Shown: positions 27,961 to 37,331 of the stretch, piece by piece
Layout: the number at the start of each line of letters is the position of its first letter
Position numbering within the stretch: position 1 is the first letter of the stretch
The notes under the pieces: model-generated
What the model was told of the DNA's origin: nothing
The model's input: the letters and a program-made list of their open reading frames with translations, nothing else
Database searches by the model: none
Assembly (NCBI GenBank): GCA_033763315.1
Contig: JANRKS010000032.1
Span: 256,001-320,000 of the forward strand
Reading direction: 5' to 3'
DNA from: Deltaproteobacteria bacterium
GTDB lineage: Bacteria > Myxococcota_A > Polyangia > Fen-1088
DNA: 64,000 nucleotides
Position numbers and translations under genes: made by a program

Positions 27961-29210
27961 GAAGCACCCGCCGGTGTGATGGCCGCGAGTGCTGTGTTGG
28001 GTGCCAGACCCTTATCCACCACGCATACCGAAGCGTTGCACGCCGAAACGCTGATGTCGCGCGTTTGACCTTGCGCCGTCGTGACCGTGGTTTTGCCCTC
28101 GACCAAACGCAACGCCGTCCGCGGCACCAGCGTGACGTCTTTGAGCTTCGACGCGATCACCTCCACACGCGCAGAGAGGCCGGGCCGCAGTTGCTTGTCG
28201 ATCGCGCCTTCCAAAACCAACCCCACCTCGAACACGCGACGCAATGATTTTTCCATCGGCTCGCGTGCGACGGTGGATACAGTGTCCACCCGCGCCGCGA
28301 ACAATTTTCCCGGGAATGTGTCCACGATCACTTCGGCTGACATGCCCGGCACCACGCGGCGATCGTCCACATCCGAAAGATACGCCTTTACACGAATTTG
28401 ATTCAGGTCCGGCATGCGCACGATTGTCATGCCCATGAACACCTCGTCGCCCACCTGCAGCGGCCGGCCTTCGGGGTGATCGCCCACCAACGCCATGCCA
28501 TCAATGGGCGCGCGCAGTTGCAGTCGTTGCAGCCCGGCCTCCACCACCGCCAGCTCTTGCTTCGCTTTGTCCAGCGCCACCTGTTGGATCTGCCGATCAA
28601 GCGCTGACGTGCGCTGTTGGTTGATAAGCGCGGCTTGTGCGCGTTGCAGATCGGTTTCCGCTTTCGTGAGCGCCAGCTTGGCTTCAAGCACATCTCGCTT
28701 TGAAAACAGGCCAACCGGCATATCTGCGTTCAAACGCGCCTTCTCCACGGCGATGCGCTTGCGTTCCATATCAAGCGTCTTTTCGCTCACAAGCAGCGCG
28801 GCCTGCGACAATTGTCGTTGCAGCTCGGTTTCGGCCTGCGACACTTGGATCGTCTTCTGCTGCAGATCGTTGGCGAACGTCGAATTGTCGAGTTCGGCGA
28901 CCAAATCGCCCTTCTTCACCATCGCGCCATTGGCGGCCAACCAACGCAACGGCGCGCGCCCGCGATCCACTTGCGGCACCTTGAGCTCCGCCGCCGCGAT
29001 GGCGTCAATTTCACCCGTCAGCAGTACACGTTGCTCGAATTCACCTTGCTCGCTGCGCAGGCCAAGGGGATCTTGCGCGCCCACAGCCTGTTTGCCTTTG
29101 TCCCCATGTGGGCCACAGCCAACGGCGAGGCACGCGCACGCGCAGACGATCGTCATCCGCGCGTACCGTCCGCGCGAAAGTGTACGAATGAAAACGCCGC
29201 TCAAGTTCAC
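27957..29210 (-). CDS. Periplasmic adaptor (membrane fusion protein), probable lipoprotein (start uncertain)
   Basis: AVGC lipobox; GAMVKKGDLVAELD; LRAPIDG; LRPGLSARVEV; LVPRTAL. Confidence 0.9.
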   Translation of the reverse strand: MNLSGVFIRTLSRGRYARMTIVCACACLAVGCGPHGDKGKQAVGAQDPLGLRSEQGEFEQRVLLTGEIDAIAAAELKVPQVDRGRAPLRWLAANGAMVKKGDLVAELDNSTFANDLQQKTIQVSQAETELQRQLSQAALLVSEKTLDMERKRIAVEKARLNADMPVGLFSKRDVLEAKLALTKAETDLQRAQAALINQQRTSALDRQIQQVALDKAKQELAVVEAGLQRLQLRAPIDGMALVGDHPEGRPLQVGDEVFMGMTIVRMPDLNQIRVKAYLSDVDDRRVVPGMSAEVIVDTFPGKLFAARVDTVSTVAREPMEKSLRRVFEVGLVLEGAIDKQLRPGLSARVEVIASKLKDVTLVPRTALRLVEGKTTVTTAQGQTRDISVSACNASVCVVDKGLAPNTALAAITPAGAS

Positions 29211-29367
29211 CGCATCATTGTAACCGGTGCCTGCGGATGCGCCCGCGCGACCAAGCGTTTCGTGTGGTGCATCCCACGGAACTTCATCGCTTCACCTTGC
29301 TTTGACACCAAACGCGCGCTTTGCTTCAAGCTTGGACGTTCAACGTCCGAAAAGGTTTTTGTGGTGC

Positions 29368-30087
29368 ATGCCCGATACGACGACGGCCCAGCCGATAGTT
29401 CAAATCTCTGATGTGTCGAAGGTGTATGGCTCGGGCGGCACGCCTGTTTATGCGTTGCGCAGCGTCAGCCTTCGCATTGAGGTGGGGCAAATGGTTGCCA
29501 TCATGGGCGCCTCGGGCTCGGGCAAGTCAACATTGTTGAACCTGCTTGGCACTTTGGATCAGCCCACCGATGGTCGTTACCTGCTTGATGGGCACGACGT
29601 GCGCACGATGGACGATCGATCGCTCGCCAAGTTCCGAAACCGCAAGATAGGTTTTGTGTTTCAGTCCTTTAATCTTTTGCCTCGATACAACGCGATCGAG
29701 AACGTGGAACTGCCCTTGCGGTACGCGAACGTCCCACGCGCCGAGCGCCGGACGCGCGCCGAAGCGGCGTTGCGCAGCGTAGGCCTTGAGGAACGCATGC
29801 ACCACTTGCCGAACCAAATGTCCGGCGGCCAGCAGCAGCGCGTGTCGATTGCGCGCGCTTTGGTCCAAGATCCCGTTTTGCTCTTGGCCGATGAACCCAC
29901 GGGCGCGCTCGACAGCCAGACCACGGATCAAATCATGGCCTTGTTTCAAGATCTGCACGCGGCAGGCAAAACCATCGTACTTGTCACGCACGAGCCCGAA
30001 GTGGCCGAGTACGCCGAGCGCGTGATTCGGTTCAAGGACGGTCGCGTGATGAGTGATGAACTTAGGCGCCCGCGCGCCCGCGCTTGA
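29368..30087 (+). CDS. MacB/LolD-type ABC transporter ATP-binding subunit
   Basis: [53 protein letters not shown]; ATG 29368. Confidence 0.95.
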   Translation: MPDTTTAQPIVQISDVSKVYGSGGTPVYALRSVSLRIEVGQMVAIMGASGSGKSTLLNLLGTLDQPTDGRYLLDGHDVRTMDDRSLAKFRNRKIGFVFQSFNLLPRYNAIENVELPLRYANVPRAERRTRAEAALRSVGLEERMHHLPNQMSGGQQQRVSIARALVQDPVLLLADEPTGALDSQTTDQIMALFQDLHAAGKTIVLVTHEPEVAEYAERVIRFKDGRVMSDELRRPRARA

Positions 30088-30613
30088 GCTGCCGGTTCTC
30101 AACCGCGTCGCGCACGTAAGGCTCTTTGTCACGCGAAAGGCGCGCCAACGCTGTTTCGCTGGTGTTCGGGTGCGCCGCCACCAAGGCCCGCACGCGGGGA
30201 TACGCGCTGCTTGCAAGTTCGTCGAGCCGTGCCGTGGTGGTGCTGGGCGCTTCGGCTTGGGCCAAGCTTTCGTCCAGCTCATCGGCCACCTCGGCTTGGC
30301 GGGCCGACGTTTCTTTGTCCAGGAACTTGGCGAACCGATCGCGCGTGGCCGCCCATGCCGACGCCAACGCTTCATCAACGCTCCGTGGTCCCGCGGCTTG
30401 CGAAAGCTTCGTCAAAGTGTTCGCGGCGTCGTCTTCATCAAGCTGCAACGTGAAGGCTTCCGCTTTGGTTACAGACACAGGTGGAGCTTTCGCACCCGCC
30501 AACAAAGCGCGCAGCGCGATGAATGCGGTTGAACGCTGCGTGGCGGCCGCCACTTGCGCCAACTCTTTGGCAACGTCTGCAGGCAGTCTGATTTTCAGAT
30601 CACGCTTGCCCAT
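30062..30613 (-). CDS. Hypothetical protein: RHH-like N-terminus plus LRV/HEAT-like C-terminal repeats
   Basis: LKIRLPADVAKELAQVA...RSTAFI resembles a ribbon-helix-helix; VRALVAAHPNT...LARLSRD...VRDAV resembles a leucine-rich-variant repeat. Confidence 0.6.
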   Translation of the reverse strand: MGKRDLKIRLPADVAKELAQVAAATQRSTAFIALRALLAGAKAPPVSVTKAEAFTLQLDEDDAANTLTKLSQAAGPRSVDEALASAWAATRDRFAKFLDKETSARQAEVADELDESLAQAEAPSTTTARLDELASSAYPRVRALVAAHPNTSETALARLSRDKEPYVRDAVENRQLKRGRAGA

Positions 30614-30616
30614 CGC

Positions 30617-31105
30617 TTAACCCACGTACGTGACTGTCCACTCGCGGGCTTCACCTTTGACGGTGATCTCAAGTGTGTCGCCCACACGTTTGCCGAGCAC
30701 CGCTTGGCCGACGGGGCTTTTGGGTGTGACCACAGAGAGGAAGCCATCGCCGCCGGGCCCGGTCAGTTCCACGCCGGCACCCACGGGAGCCAAGAAGAAC
30801 GTGCGTCCTTGATCCCCATCTTCCACTTCAACGATCGCCCCTAAGGCGATCGCCGCGTTCGCCGCAAAATCGGGCGGCCGAAACGTTTCCAGCACCGAAA
30901 GCTCAGCGGCCGCGCGCTGCGCACGTTCGGCCTGCCCGCGCGCCAAACTCGAATACTCCATGTGGACGCGCGCGTCCTCACGTTTTTCGGCCGGGCTTGC
31001 GCCTTCGCGCGCCTCGTCTGCCGCGGCTTGTCCCGCTTTGCGCGCCACGGCCGCCGTTTCACGCAGCCGATCCATGAGCTGTTCGACCAGGAACCGCTTG
31101 TCCAT
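30617..31105 (-). CDS. GreA/GreB family protein
   Basis: ATG 31105 (MDKRFLVEQL); N-terminal coiled coil; IALGAIVEV, VVTPKSPVGQAVLGKRVGD. Confidence 0.85.
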   Translation of the reverse strand: MDKRFLVEQLMDRLRETAAVARKAGQAAADEAREGASPAEKREDARVHMEYSSLARGQAERAQRAAAELSVLETFRPPDFAANAAIALGAIVEVEDGDQGRTFFLAPVGAGVELTGPGGDGFLSVVTPKSPVGQAVLGKRVGDTLEITVKGEAREWTVTYVG

Positions 31106-31166
31106 AACCGCCAGCCTACCGGGGGCGCCTGGGCCAAGCAAAAAAGCCACCTGCCTTGCGTCAGCG

Positions 31167-32111
31167 TCAGCGGTGCAGAAGCTGTTTGGCGCGCTCTTGT
31201 ATCGGTTTGCCACCGTGCCGAAAGGCGTTCTCAAGCGCCGCTCGATCGTCGGGTTCCGCGCTTGTGGCCAAGCAATCGAGCAATTCCACACTATCCTCCA
31301 TGGCCACAGGCTCCTGGGCAAACTTGCGCGCCGCCCGCAGCACTTCGGGTGGTATCGGCTCGTTCCCGGGGCGCTGGCACAAACGTGCAGCGGCCGCCGA
31401 TTCCACGATCGCCGCGTCGTCATCCAGGCGCGCCCGCACCACGGCCATGGTCGCAGGATCGCCCGCCACAAGATTCACCGCCGCGCGACGAATCTCGGGA
31501 GCAGGGTCAACCAGAAGATCGGCGGGCGGCGCCGCGCATGTGCGCCGGGTGGTGGCCAACGCTTCGAGCGCCGCAAGCCGCGTCTCCAAAGGCCGTGCAG
31601 GGGCGCTGGCCACGGATACGAACCCCTGGCAAATGCCACGCACAGCCGTGGTGGGCACGTCCCAAGAATGCGGCTGCTCGGGCTGGCGCCCATCCAAGAG
31701 CACGGCCATCGTGCGTGCCACCTTGGCCACGTTGTCTTGCTGTGCAGGCTCGGTCACCCATAACCATGGGGCCAGCACAGGCAACCAGGCCACCGCGCCC
31801 ACTTGCGCCGGCAACACCGCCAGCGCCACCTCCAAATGGTTGGGAGATTCGCGCGAAAGCGCCGCTTGCCAGTCGGCCGACGTCAACCACGCCGCCAACC
31901 GCTGCGCTTCACCGTGATCGCCGCGCTTCCAGGCCGCTTGCACGTCGTGCCACGATCCCAGCAACCGGCCCGTTGCGGGATCGGTGGGTAACGCCTTGGC
32001 GGCTGGCGGGGGCGCCGCGGGCGTGAGGGGGGCAGGGGCGGGCGTTTGTGCGAACACCACCCCCGGCCCTAAAAGCGCAAGCAAACAGACGGCCGTGTTG
32101 CGGTAACCCAC
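31167..32111 (-). CDS. Secreted HEAT-repeat-like hypothetical protein
   Basis: Signal peptide ending VFA; DPAPEIRRAAV, DDDAAIVESAAA helical repeats. Confidence 0.65.
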   Translation of the reverse strand: MGYRNTAVCLLALLGPGVVFAQTPAPAPLTPAAPPPAAKALPTDPATGRLLGSWHDVQAAWKRGDHGEAQRLAAWLTSADWQAALSRESPNHLEVALAVLPAQVGAVAWLPVLAPWLWVTEPAQQDNVAKVARTMAVLLDGRQPEQPHSWDVPTTAVRGICQGFVSVASAPARPLETRLAALEALATTRRTCAAPPADLLVDPAPEIRRAAVNLVAGDPATMAVVRARLDDDAAIVESAAAARLCQRPGNEPIPPEVLRAARKFAQEPVAMEDSVELLDCLATSAEPDDRAALENAFRHGGKPIQERAKQLLHR

Positions 32112-32123
32112 TGTGCTGGCAGT

Positions 32124-33182
32124 TTACCCCAAGCGGTCAATAACAGCTTGGCCGGCCACCGTTGTGCCCACGCCCGTGCCTTTGGGCGCGATGTCGGCGG
32201 TCAAGACGCCCGCTGTGACGGCCTCGTTCACGGCCTTTTCAATCGCGCGTGCTTCTGTCTCAAGATCAAGCGAATAACGTAGCAACAACGCAGCACTCAA
32301 AATCGTGGCGTAGGGGTTCGCCACGCCTTTGCCGGCAATGTCAGGCGCGCTGCCGTGGATCGGTTCGTAAAGACCGCACTTGCCTTCGCCCAGCGATGCT
32401 GAGGGCAGAAGGCCCATCGATCCTGCGAGCATTGAAGCTTCGTCGGTCAAAATATCGCCGAACATGTTTTCGGTGACGATGACGTCGAAGTCGGCGGGGC
32501 GGCGAATCAAGAACATCGCGCACGCATCCACCAGGATGTGCTCAAGTTGAATCTCGGGGAACTCTTCCTTCACAACGCGTTCGGTGACCTGACGCCACAA
32601 CCGCGATGTTTCAAGCACGTTGGCCTTATCCACTGAAGTCAGCTTCTTGCGGCGGCCCATCGCAAACTTGGCGGCGGCGCGCACGATGCGCTCCACCTCT
32701 GGCACTGTGTATTCGCACACGTCAAACGCGCGATCGCCTTCGCGGCCCTTTTGCCCAAAGTAGATGCCGCCCGTCAACTCGCGCACCACCACCATATCCA
32801 CGCCTTCGAGCAACTCAGCCTTCAAGGGTGACGCTGCGGAAAGCTTCGGATGAATGCTTACGGGGCGCAGGTTGGCGTAGAGGCCCAGCGCTTTGCGAAT
32901 GCCAAGCAGGCCTTGCTCAGGCCGCACCTTCGCCTTGGGATCGTCCCACTTGGGGCCGCCCACGGCGCCCAGCAAAACCGCGTCGGCCGCTTTGCACACA
33001 GCCACCGTTTCATCGGGGATCGCCGTGCCCGTGCGATCGATCGCAACGCCGCCCAGCAGTGCTTCATTAAAAGCGAACTCGTGGCCAAACCGTTTGCCTA
33101 CGGCCGTGAGCACCTTAAGCGTTTCGCTCACCACTTCGGGGCCAATGCCGTCACCTGGAAGAACTGCAATCGTCGCTTTCAT
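32124..33182 (-). CDS. leuB: 3-isopropylmalate dehydrogenase
   Basis: [66 protein letters not shown]; ATG 33182. Confidence 0.97.
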   Translation of the reverse strand: MKATIAVLPGDGIGPEVVSETLKVLTAVGKRFGHEFAFNEALLGGVAIDRTGTAIPDETVAVCKAADAVLLGAVGGPKWDDPKAKVRPEQGLLGIRKALGLYANLRPVSIHPKLSAASPLKAELLEGVDMVVVRELTGGIYFGQKGREGDRAFDVCEYTVPEVERIVRAAAKFAMGRRKKLTSVDKANVLETSRLWRQVTERVVKEEFPEIQLEHILVDACAMFLIRRPADFDVIVTENMFGDILTDEASMLAGSMGLLPSASLGEGKCGLYEPIHGSAPDIAGKGVANPYATILSAALLLRYSLDLETEARAIEKAVNEAVTAGVLTADIAPKGTGVGTTVAGQAVIDRLG

Positions 33183-33249
33183 GAGGGGCGAATGTGCCAA
33201 AGCCGCCCCCCAGGCGCAACCCAAGAGGACGGCAAGTGGGACTTTGGGC

Positions 33250-33284
33250 AAAAAAAAGGCCCGCAGGCAGGTGCCGCGGGCCTT
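33250..33284 (-). terminator. Intrinsic terminator ending the DUF1592/DUF1552 unit
   Basis: AAGGCCCGC(A)GGCA-GG-TGCCGCGGGCCTT hairpin with an 8-A run (U tail on the minus strand), about 30 nt after the DUF1552 stop. Confidence 0.8.
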
Positions 33285-33313
33285 GGTGTTGTGACAAATC
33301 TATGCTGGGACCA

Positions 33314-34732
33314 TCACAGCTCTGCGAGAGCCTTTGGGTTTACTCTGGGGTCACCAAAGGTAGTGAACTCAGCACCCATCGCCTTTGCGATGCTCATGAA
33401 CAGATTCGTGTGAGGCTGCCCATCGTACCGAATCAGTTGCCCCGTCTTCCCCTCCCAAGCGCCGCCCGCCTGACCTGCGACCATCCAGTTCAAGCCATTG
33501 GTGGAGTGTGTAGAGCCTTGAGCAAGCTCACCACACCAAAGGACCACGCTGTGGTACAGCATGTTCTTTCCATCGGCTGTTGGGACTGCTTTAAGCTTGC
33601 CAAGAACGTCAGCAAACTTGTTGCCCATATCTGTATGGAAAGGAACGGTCAAGTCCTTGCGGTTGTCATGATGCCAACCATGCACCGATGGGTGGCCGCT
33701 GTCCTCGATCTGAAGAGTGACGAAGCGGGTTCGGCCGCAGGCGAGGCCGAGCTGCATCAGCTTGGGCATATTATCGGACAGTATGTCGTACCAACCTGAC
33801 TGGGTTTGCGGTTTGGGTGGAACGGATTCGCTGGTGGGTACGATACACGCTGAATTTAGGGTTTGCGGCTTTCCGCTGCCCGTGGAACCGAGGGAAGGCA
33901 GAGCGTTTTCAGCTTCAGACAAGAAGTCGGCATGCGCCTGGAACCGATCAGCGGTATTGGCTCCGTAAAGATTGCTCACCTTGTCTTTCACGGAACTAAA
34001 CTGAACTCGTGCGTGTTTCAGCATCAACCTGCGTTGAGCGAAGCGCAGCTGCCCCTCACTTGGGGCCCCTGGCGTGCCGCTTCCACCGCCGGTGTCAAAT
34101 GTATCGAAGAGCTTCTTCCAAGCTTCGTTAGGACTCTGATAGACGTAATTGTGTGGAGCGTGGGCGCCGGCCTTGGCTGGAGGCCGATAGCTGATTCTTC
34201 CCAACATTTGTGAAGCGGGTGCGAACGCGCTGTCCATCACCGCTAGGTGTAAGGAAGGAATTTCAGTTAGTGCCTGGCCGCCATTCTGCCGAATCAAGTC
34301 GAAGAGAATCGCTTGATCGATCGAAGGGCCCCCCGCCGGATTGGCTCCGCCGTCCGTTATCTTGAAGGCACCGGGCGGACCGTGCGAAGTCGTTGAGTGA
34401 ATCTGACCCTGAGGGTGCCCGCTGGAATTGTCGCCGGGCGGGTTCAGCTCCGCCGAGCGCATGTTCAGCCCGGGTGTGAGGATAAGATCGTTTTTGAAGG
34501 GTGCCAGCGCGGCGGTCGCTTGTCCTAACGAGAAGCTTCGACCAGACCCTGATGCCCAAAGGTCAGGCCACTGACCTTGGTATGTATAGACCACAATAAA
34601 GTTCTTCGGGATGGCCTCTGCGGCATAGGCCGCATTCCGAAGTTCCGGCAGCAACTGAGCTGCTAAGGGGCCAAGTGCAGATGCCTTCAACAACGATCGC
34701 CGTGAAAAGCGGAGCTTATTTGTTGCGTGCAT
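33314..34732 (-). CDS. DUF1552 (HXXSHH) family protein with twin-arginine-like signal
   Basis: SRRSLLK; LAPFKNDL; GPSIDQ; LACGRTR; HGWHH; DGKNMLYHSVVLW; H...W.VAGQAGG; HTNLFMSI...FGDP. Confidence 0.85.
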   Translation of the reverse strand: MHATNKLRFSRRSLLKASALGPLAAQLLPELRNAAYAAEAIPKNFIVVYTYQGQWPDLWASGSGRSFSLGQATAALAPFKNDLILTPGLNMRSAELNPPGDNSSGHPQGQIHSTTSHGPPGAFKITDGGANPAGGPSIDQAILFDLIRQNGGQALTEIPSLHLAVMDSAFAPASQMLGRISYRPPAKAGAHAPHNYVYQSPNEAWKKLFDTFDTGGGSGTPGAPSEGQLRFAQRRLMLKHARVQFSSVKDKVSNLYGANTADRFQAHADFLSEAENALPSLGSTGSGKPQTLNSACIVPTSESVPPKPQTQSGWYDILSDNMPKLMQLGLACGRTRFVTLQIEDSGHPSVHGWHHDNRKDLTVPFHTDMGNKFADVLGKLKAVPTADGKNMLYHSVVLWCGELAQGSTHSTNGLNWMVAGQAGGAWEGKTGQLIRYDGQPHTNLFMSIAKAMGAEFTTFGDPRVNPKALAEL

Positions 34733-34749
34733 TTTGATTACTCCAATGA

Positions 34750-36510
34750 CTACTCGGCCGCGACCCGGCGTACCCGAAACGATGGGTTCTTTACCAGGTC
34801 TACAACTAATTTTTGCATATCAAACTTGTTCTCGATGAATGAAGTGGTCAGCGGTACGACTGCGCAGCCGTCTTCGTCCACCTCGCGACGGGCGTTGGCC
34901 CAGGACCACAAATGCTCGACCACGCACTGTGCAACCTGCTTGCTTTTCCCCATCTTTTCTACGAAGGGAATGGCGTTATCGAACTCGCCGTTGACGTCGA
35001 GAGTATCCATGATTGTGCTCTTGGCGTTCGTTGGCAGCTTGTAAACCATGCCCTTAAACTTGGCTTGTTCCTCGGTCTGAAACGCGCCGATCGAGTTGTA
35101 GTTCTCAAACAGGAACCCGAACGAGTCGAGAGGCTTGTGACAGTTCGCGCATTTGCCCTGCTCTGCCGTTTTCTCGACTCGCTGCCTGTAGGTCATAGCT
35201 TCGTTCTCGTCGAAAGGAATCTGCGTGATGATTCCCGGGGGTGGAGGCGGCGAGGGCGCACAAAGCAACCTCTCCATGATGAAGCCACCGCGCAAGATCG
35301 GGGCCTGCTCGGTTGTGTGTGACATACCTGCCATGATGGCGGGATTGGTTAGGATGCCCTTGCGCTGGGCTGGGTTCAGTTCCACTTCCTTCAGCTCAGC
35401 ACTGCCCGGTTTATCGACGCCGTAGATGTAGGCAACGTCGTCGTTGACCCATCCCTTCGTTGACGAGAACAGCTGCGTCATCGAGTGGTCGCCGCCGAAA
35501 AAGGCTTCCTCAATAAATTTATCCCGACCCTCAATGAGCGCCTTTGCCTGCTTCTCGTCGTACGTGGGATAAAATTCTCTATCTTTGGCAGGTGCCGCAA
35601 CGAAAGCCGAGTAGCGTTTATTGTCGAGCCACTCGTCGAAGAACTCTTTCATCGCTCCGCGAGCGCGATCGTCGCCCAACATGCGTCGCGCCTGGGCCTC
35701 GATCTTCTCGCTTTGCATGAGCTCCCCCGCCTCCGCTGCGCGAAAGAGGTCATCGTCTGGCATGGAATCCCATATCAAGTACGAGAGACGAGAAGCCATT
35801 TCCCAGTTGGATAGTGGTTGCGACTTTTTGTCAGAGATGGTGCCCTGTCCTTCCTCCAATCGAAAGAGGAACTGCGGAGATTGCAGCATCGTTCCAACGA
35901 CCGTCTCCACTGCCATGGCGTGAGAGAACTTGAGCGGTTCCGCGCGTGCTTCTTCGTAAACTTTCTTGAGGTCCGAAATCTCCCCAGACGTTAAAGGGCG
36001 ACGGAAAACACGTTTTCCGAATCCGCTTATAAGGTCGCCGATGCAGCTTCCGTCCTCTTTGGCGCAGCCAAGTTTCGACAGATCCTTGACCGCCTCGCGG
36101 GCTGCACCAATCGCCAACTGCTCGATCGCATCGGCGTAGCCGCGATCTGGCTGCTGCTGGAGCGCGTTGTTGCTAAAGCCTGCCACCCGGGACTCAGGGG
36201 GTAAATCAGTGCTTCGCACTAATTTCGCCGAGTCAGCAATTCCCGATAAAAGGTCCCGGACCGTGTTGGCTAGCTCCACGTTGGTCAGGCGTTGCAGCGG
36301 GTAAGCCGCCTCGTTCATTGTGAGGGGTTGCTCGCATGCCATCGTTTTCGCTGGGTTCCTAGTCCAGGCGTCAGAATCGGCAGGAGGAAGCTCGCTGTCA
36401 GTGTCGAGGTCTGGCTTTTGATCAGTCGGTTTACTACCGCTGCCGGTACAGGCCGTAGCCACCATAGCCGCACCCAATGCCATCGGTCTAAAACGTCCTA
36501 AGAACTTCAT
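34750..36510 (-). CDS. DUF1592/DUF1595/DUF1588/DUF1587 (PSD/PSCyt) lipoprotein with one heme motif
   Basis: Lipobox ATAC; LQRLTNVELANTVRDLL; FRRPLT; LQSPQFLFRLE; EMASRLSYLIWDSMPDD; RKGILT; PILRG; CANCH; FENYNSIG. Confidence 0.9.
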   Translation of the reverse strand: MKFLGRFRPMALGAAMVATACTGSGSKPTDQKPDLDTDSELPPADSDAWTRNPAKTMACEQPLTMNEAAYPLQRLTNVELANTVRDLLSGIADSAKLVRSTDLPPESRVAGFSNNALQQQPDRGYADAIEQLAIGAAREAVKDLSKLGCAKEDGSCIGDLISGFGKRVFRRPLTSGEISDLKKVYEEARAEPLKFSHAMAVETVVGTMLQSPQFLFRLEEGQGTISDKKSQPLSNWEMASRLSYLIWDSMPDDDLFRAAEAGELMQSEKIEAQARRMLGDDRARGAMKEFFDEWLDNKRYSAFVAAPAKDREFYPTYDEKQAKALIEGRDKFIEEAFFGGDHSMTQLFSSTKGWVNDDVAYIYGVDKPGSAELKEVELNPAQRKGILTNPAIMAGMSHTTEQAPILRGGFIMERLLCAPSPPPPPGIITQIPFDENEAMTYRQRVEKTAEQGKCANCHKPLDSFGFLFENYNSIGAFQTEEQAKFKGMVYKLPTNAKSTIMDTLDVNGEFDNAIPFVEKMGKSKQVAQCVVEHLWSWANARREVDEDGCAVVPLTTSFIENKFDMQKLVVDLVKNPSFRVRRVAAE

Positions 36511-36791
36511 TCGGATGCCTCCTCGGTGGAACTGTCGGCGCTACTGCGCGCCCGACCATCCACAAATCCTAAATCGAAGAATTAATCGCCGTTAATGGAC
36601 AAGAGGATAGCTCGAAGCGCTCGGGGATCAATCGGCAATTCTCTTCTTTACTCCGCCGTGGACGAGCATCCGGGTGCAACACTCTCACAAGAAGCGCAGT
36701 CCGAGAATGGCGCATTAAGACTGCCGAATGCGTTGGCTGGGGACGCTGCGGTATGCTAATAAATTGACCTCTTTTTGCTTGCCGCCTATCT

Positions 36792-37316
36792 GTGGGATTC
36801 GGTAGGGTATGCCCTTCCGCGCGACGGGTGGCGCTGTTTGCGGGCGATCCCACGGCGGCCTCTTTCACTGAAGCGGGCGGCCGTCTATTTGATGCCGCTG
36901 TTACGTGGGCCACGCGCACGCGCGAGATGCTGTTTGTGGTCGGCAACGCCGCGCTCAGCCCCGTCGATCAAGCCCTGCTCCTGCGCGCCACCAAGCTTGG
37001 TTTCGGCGTGCACGTTCGAGACGGAGCCAACGCGCAGGTGAGCGACACATCCAATAAGGCGCTGGTGCTTATCTCTGAATCAACTCTATCGGCCACGGTC
37101 GACGCACGTTTGCGCAACATAGCCGTGCCCGCGCTTTGTCTTGAGCCGGCCCTCTTCGACGAGTTCGGCATGACAGGTGATGTGTGGCTCACCAACTACG
37201 GACTTGGCCCTGGGCGCCTCGTGTGCACGCCAACAGCAACCCCCAAGTCCGGCCCCGCTGAAACGTTGTTCGACGATTTGTTGATCTCCGAAGGACAATG
37301 TCCTGTCTCGGGTTAG
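36792..37316 (+). pseudogene. Probable remnant of a secreted repeat-domain protein gene
   Basis: Starts mid-domain (ARRVALF...GGRLFDAAVTWA), then gives the start of a second copy (MLFVVGN...KALVLISE...VPALCLEP.LFDEFGMTG) and ends abruptly; no signal peptide or clear RBS. Confidence 0.45.
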
Positions 37317-37331
37317 CGTTCGGCCCCTCTC

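Noticed and set aside
33183-33313. Leucine attenuator upstream of leuB
   Set aside because: No Leu-rich leader peptide is visible; the hairpin is better explained as the terminator of the DUF1552 gene.
33296-36800. Direct repeats (att sites) bounding the DUF1592/DUF1552 block
   Set aside because: Only a loose resemblance (ctatgctggga vs ctatctgtggga), and no integrase is present.
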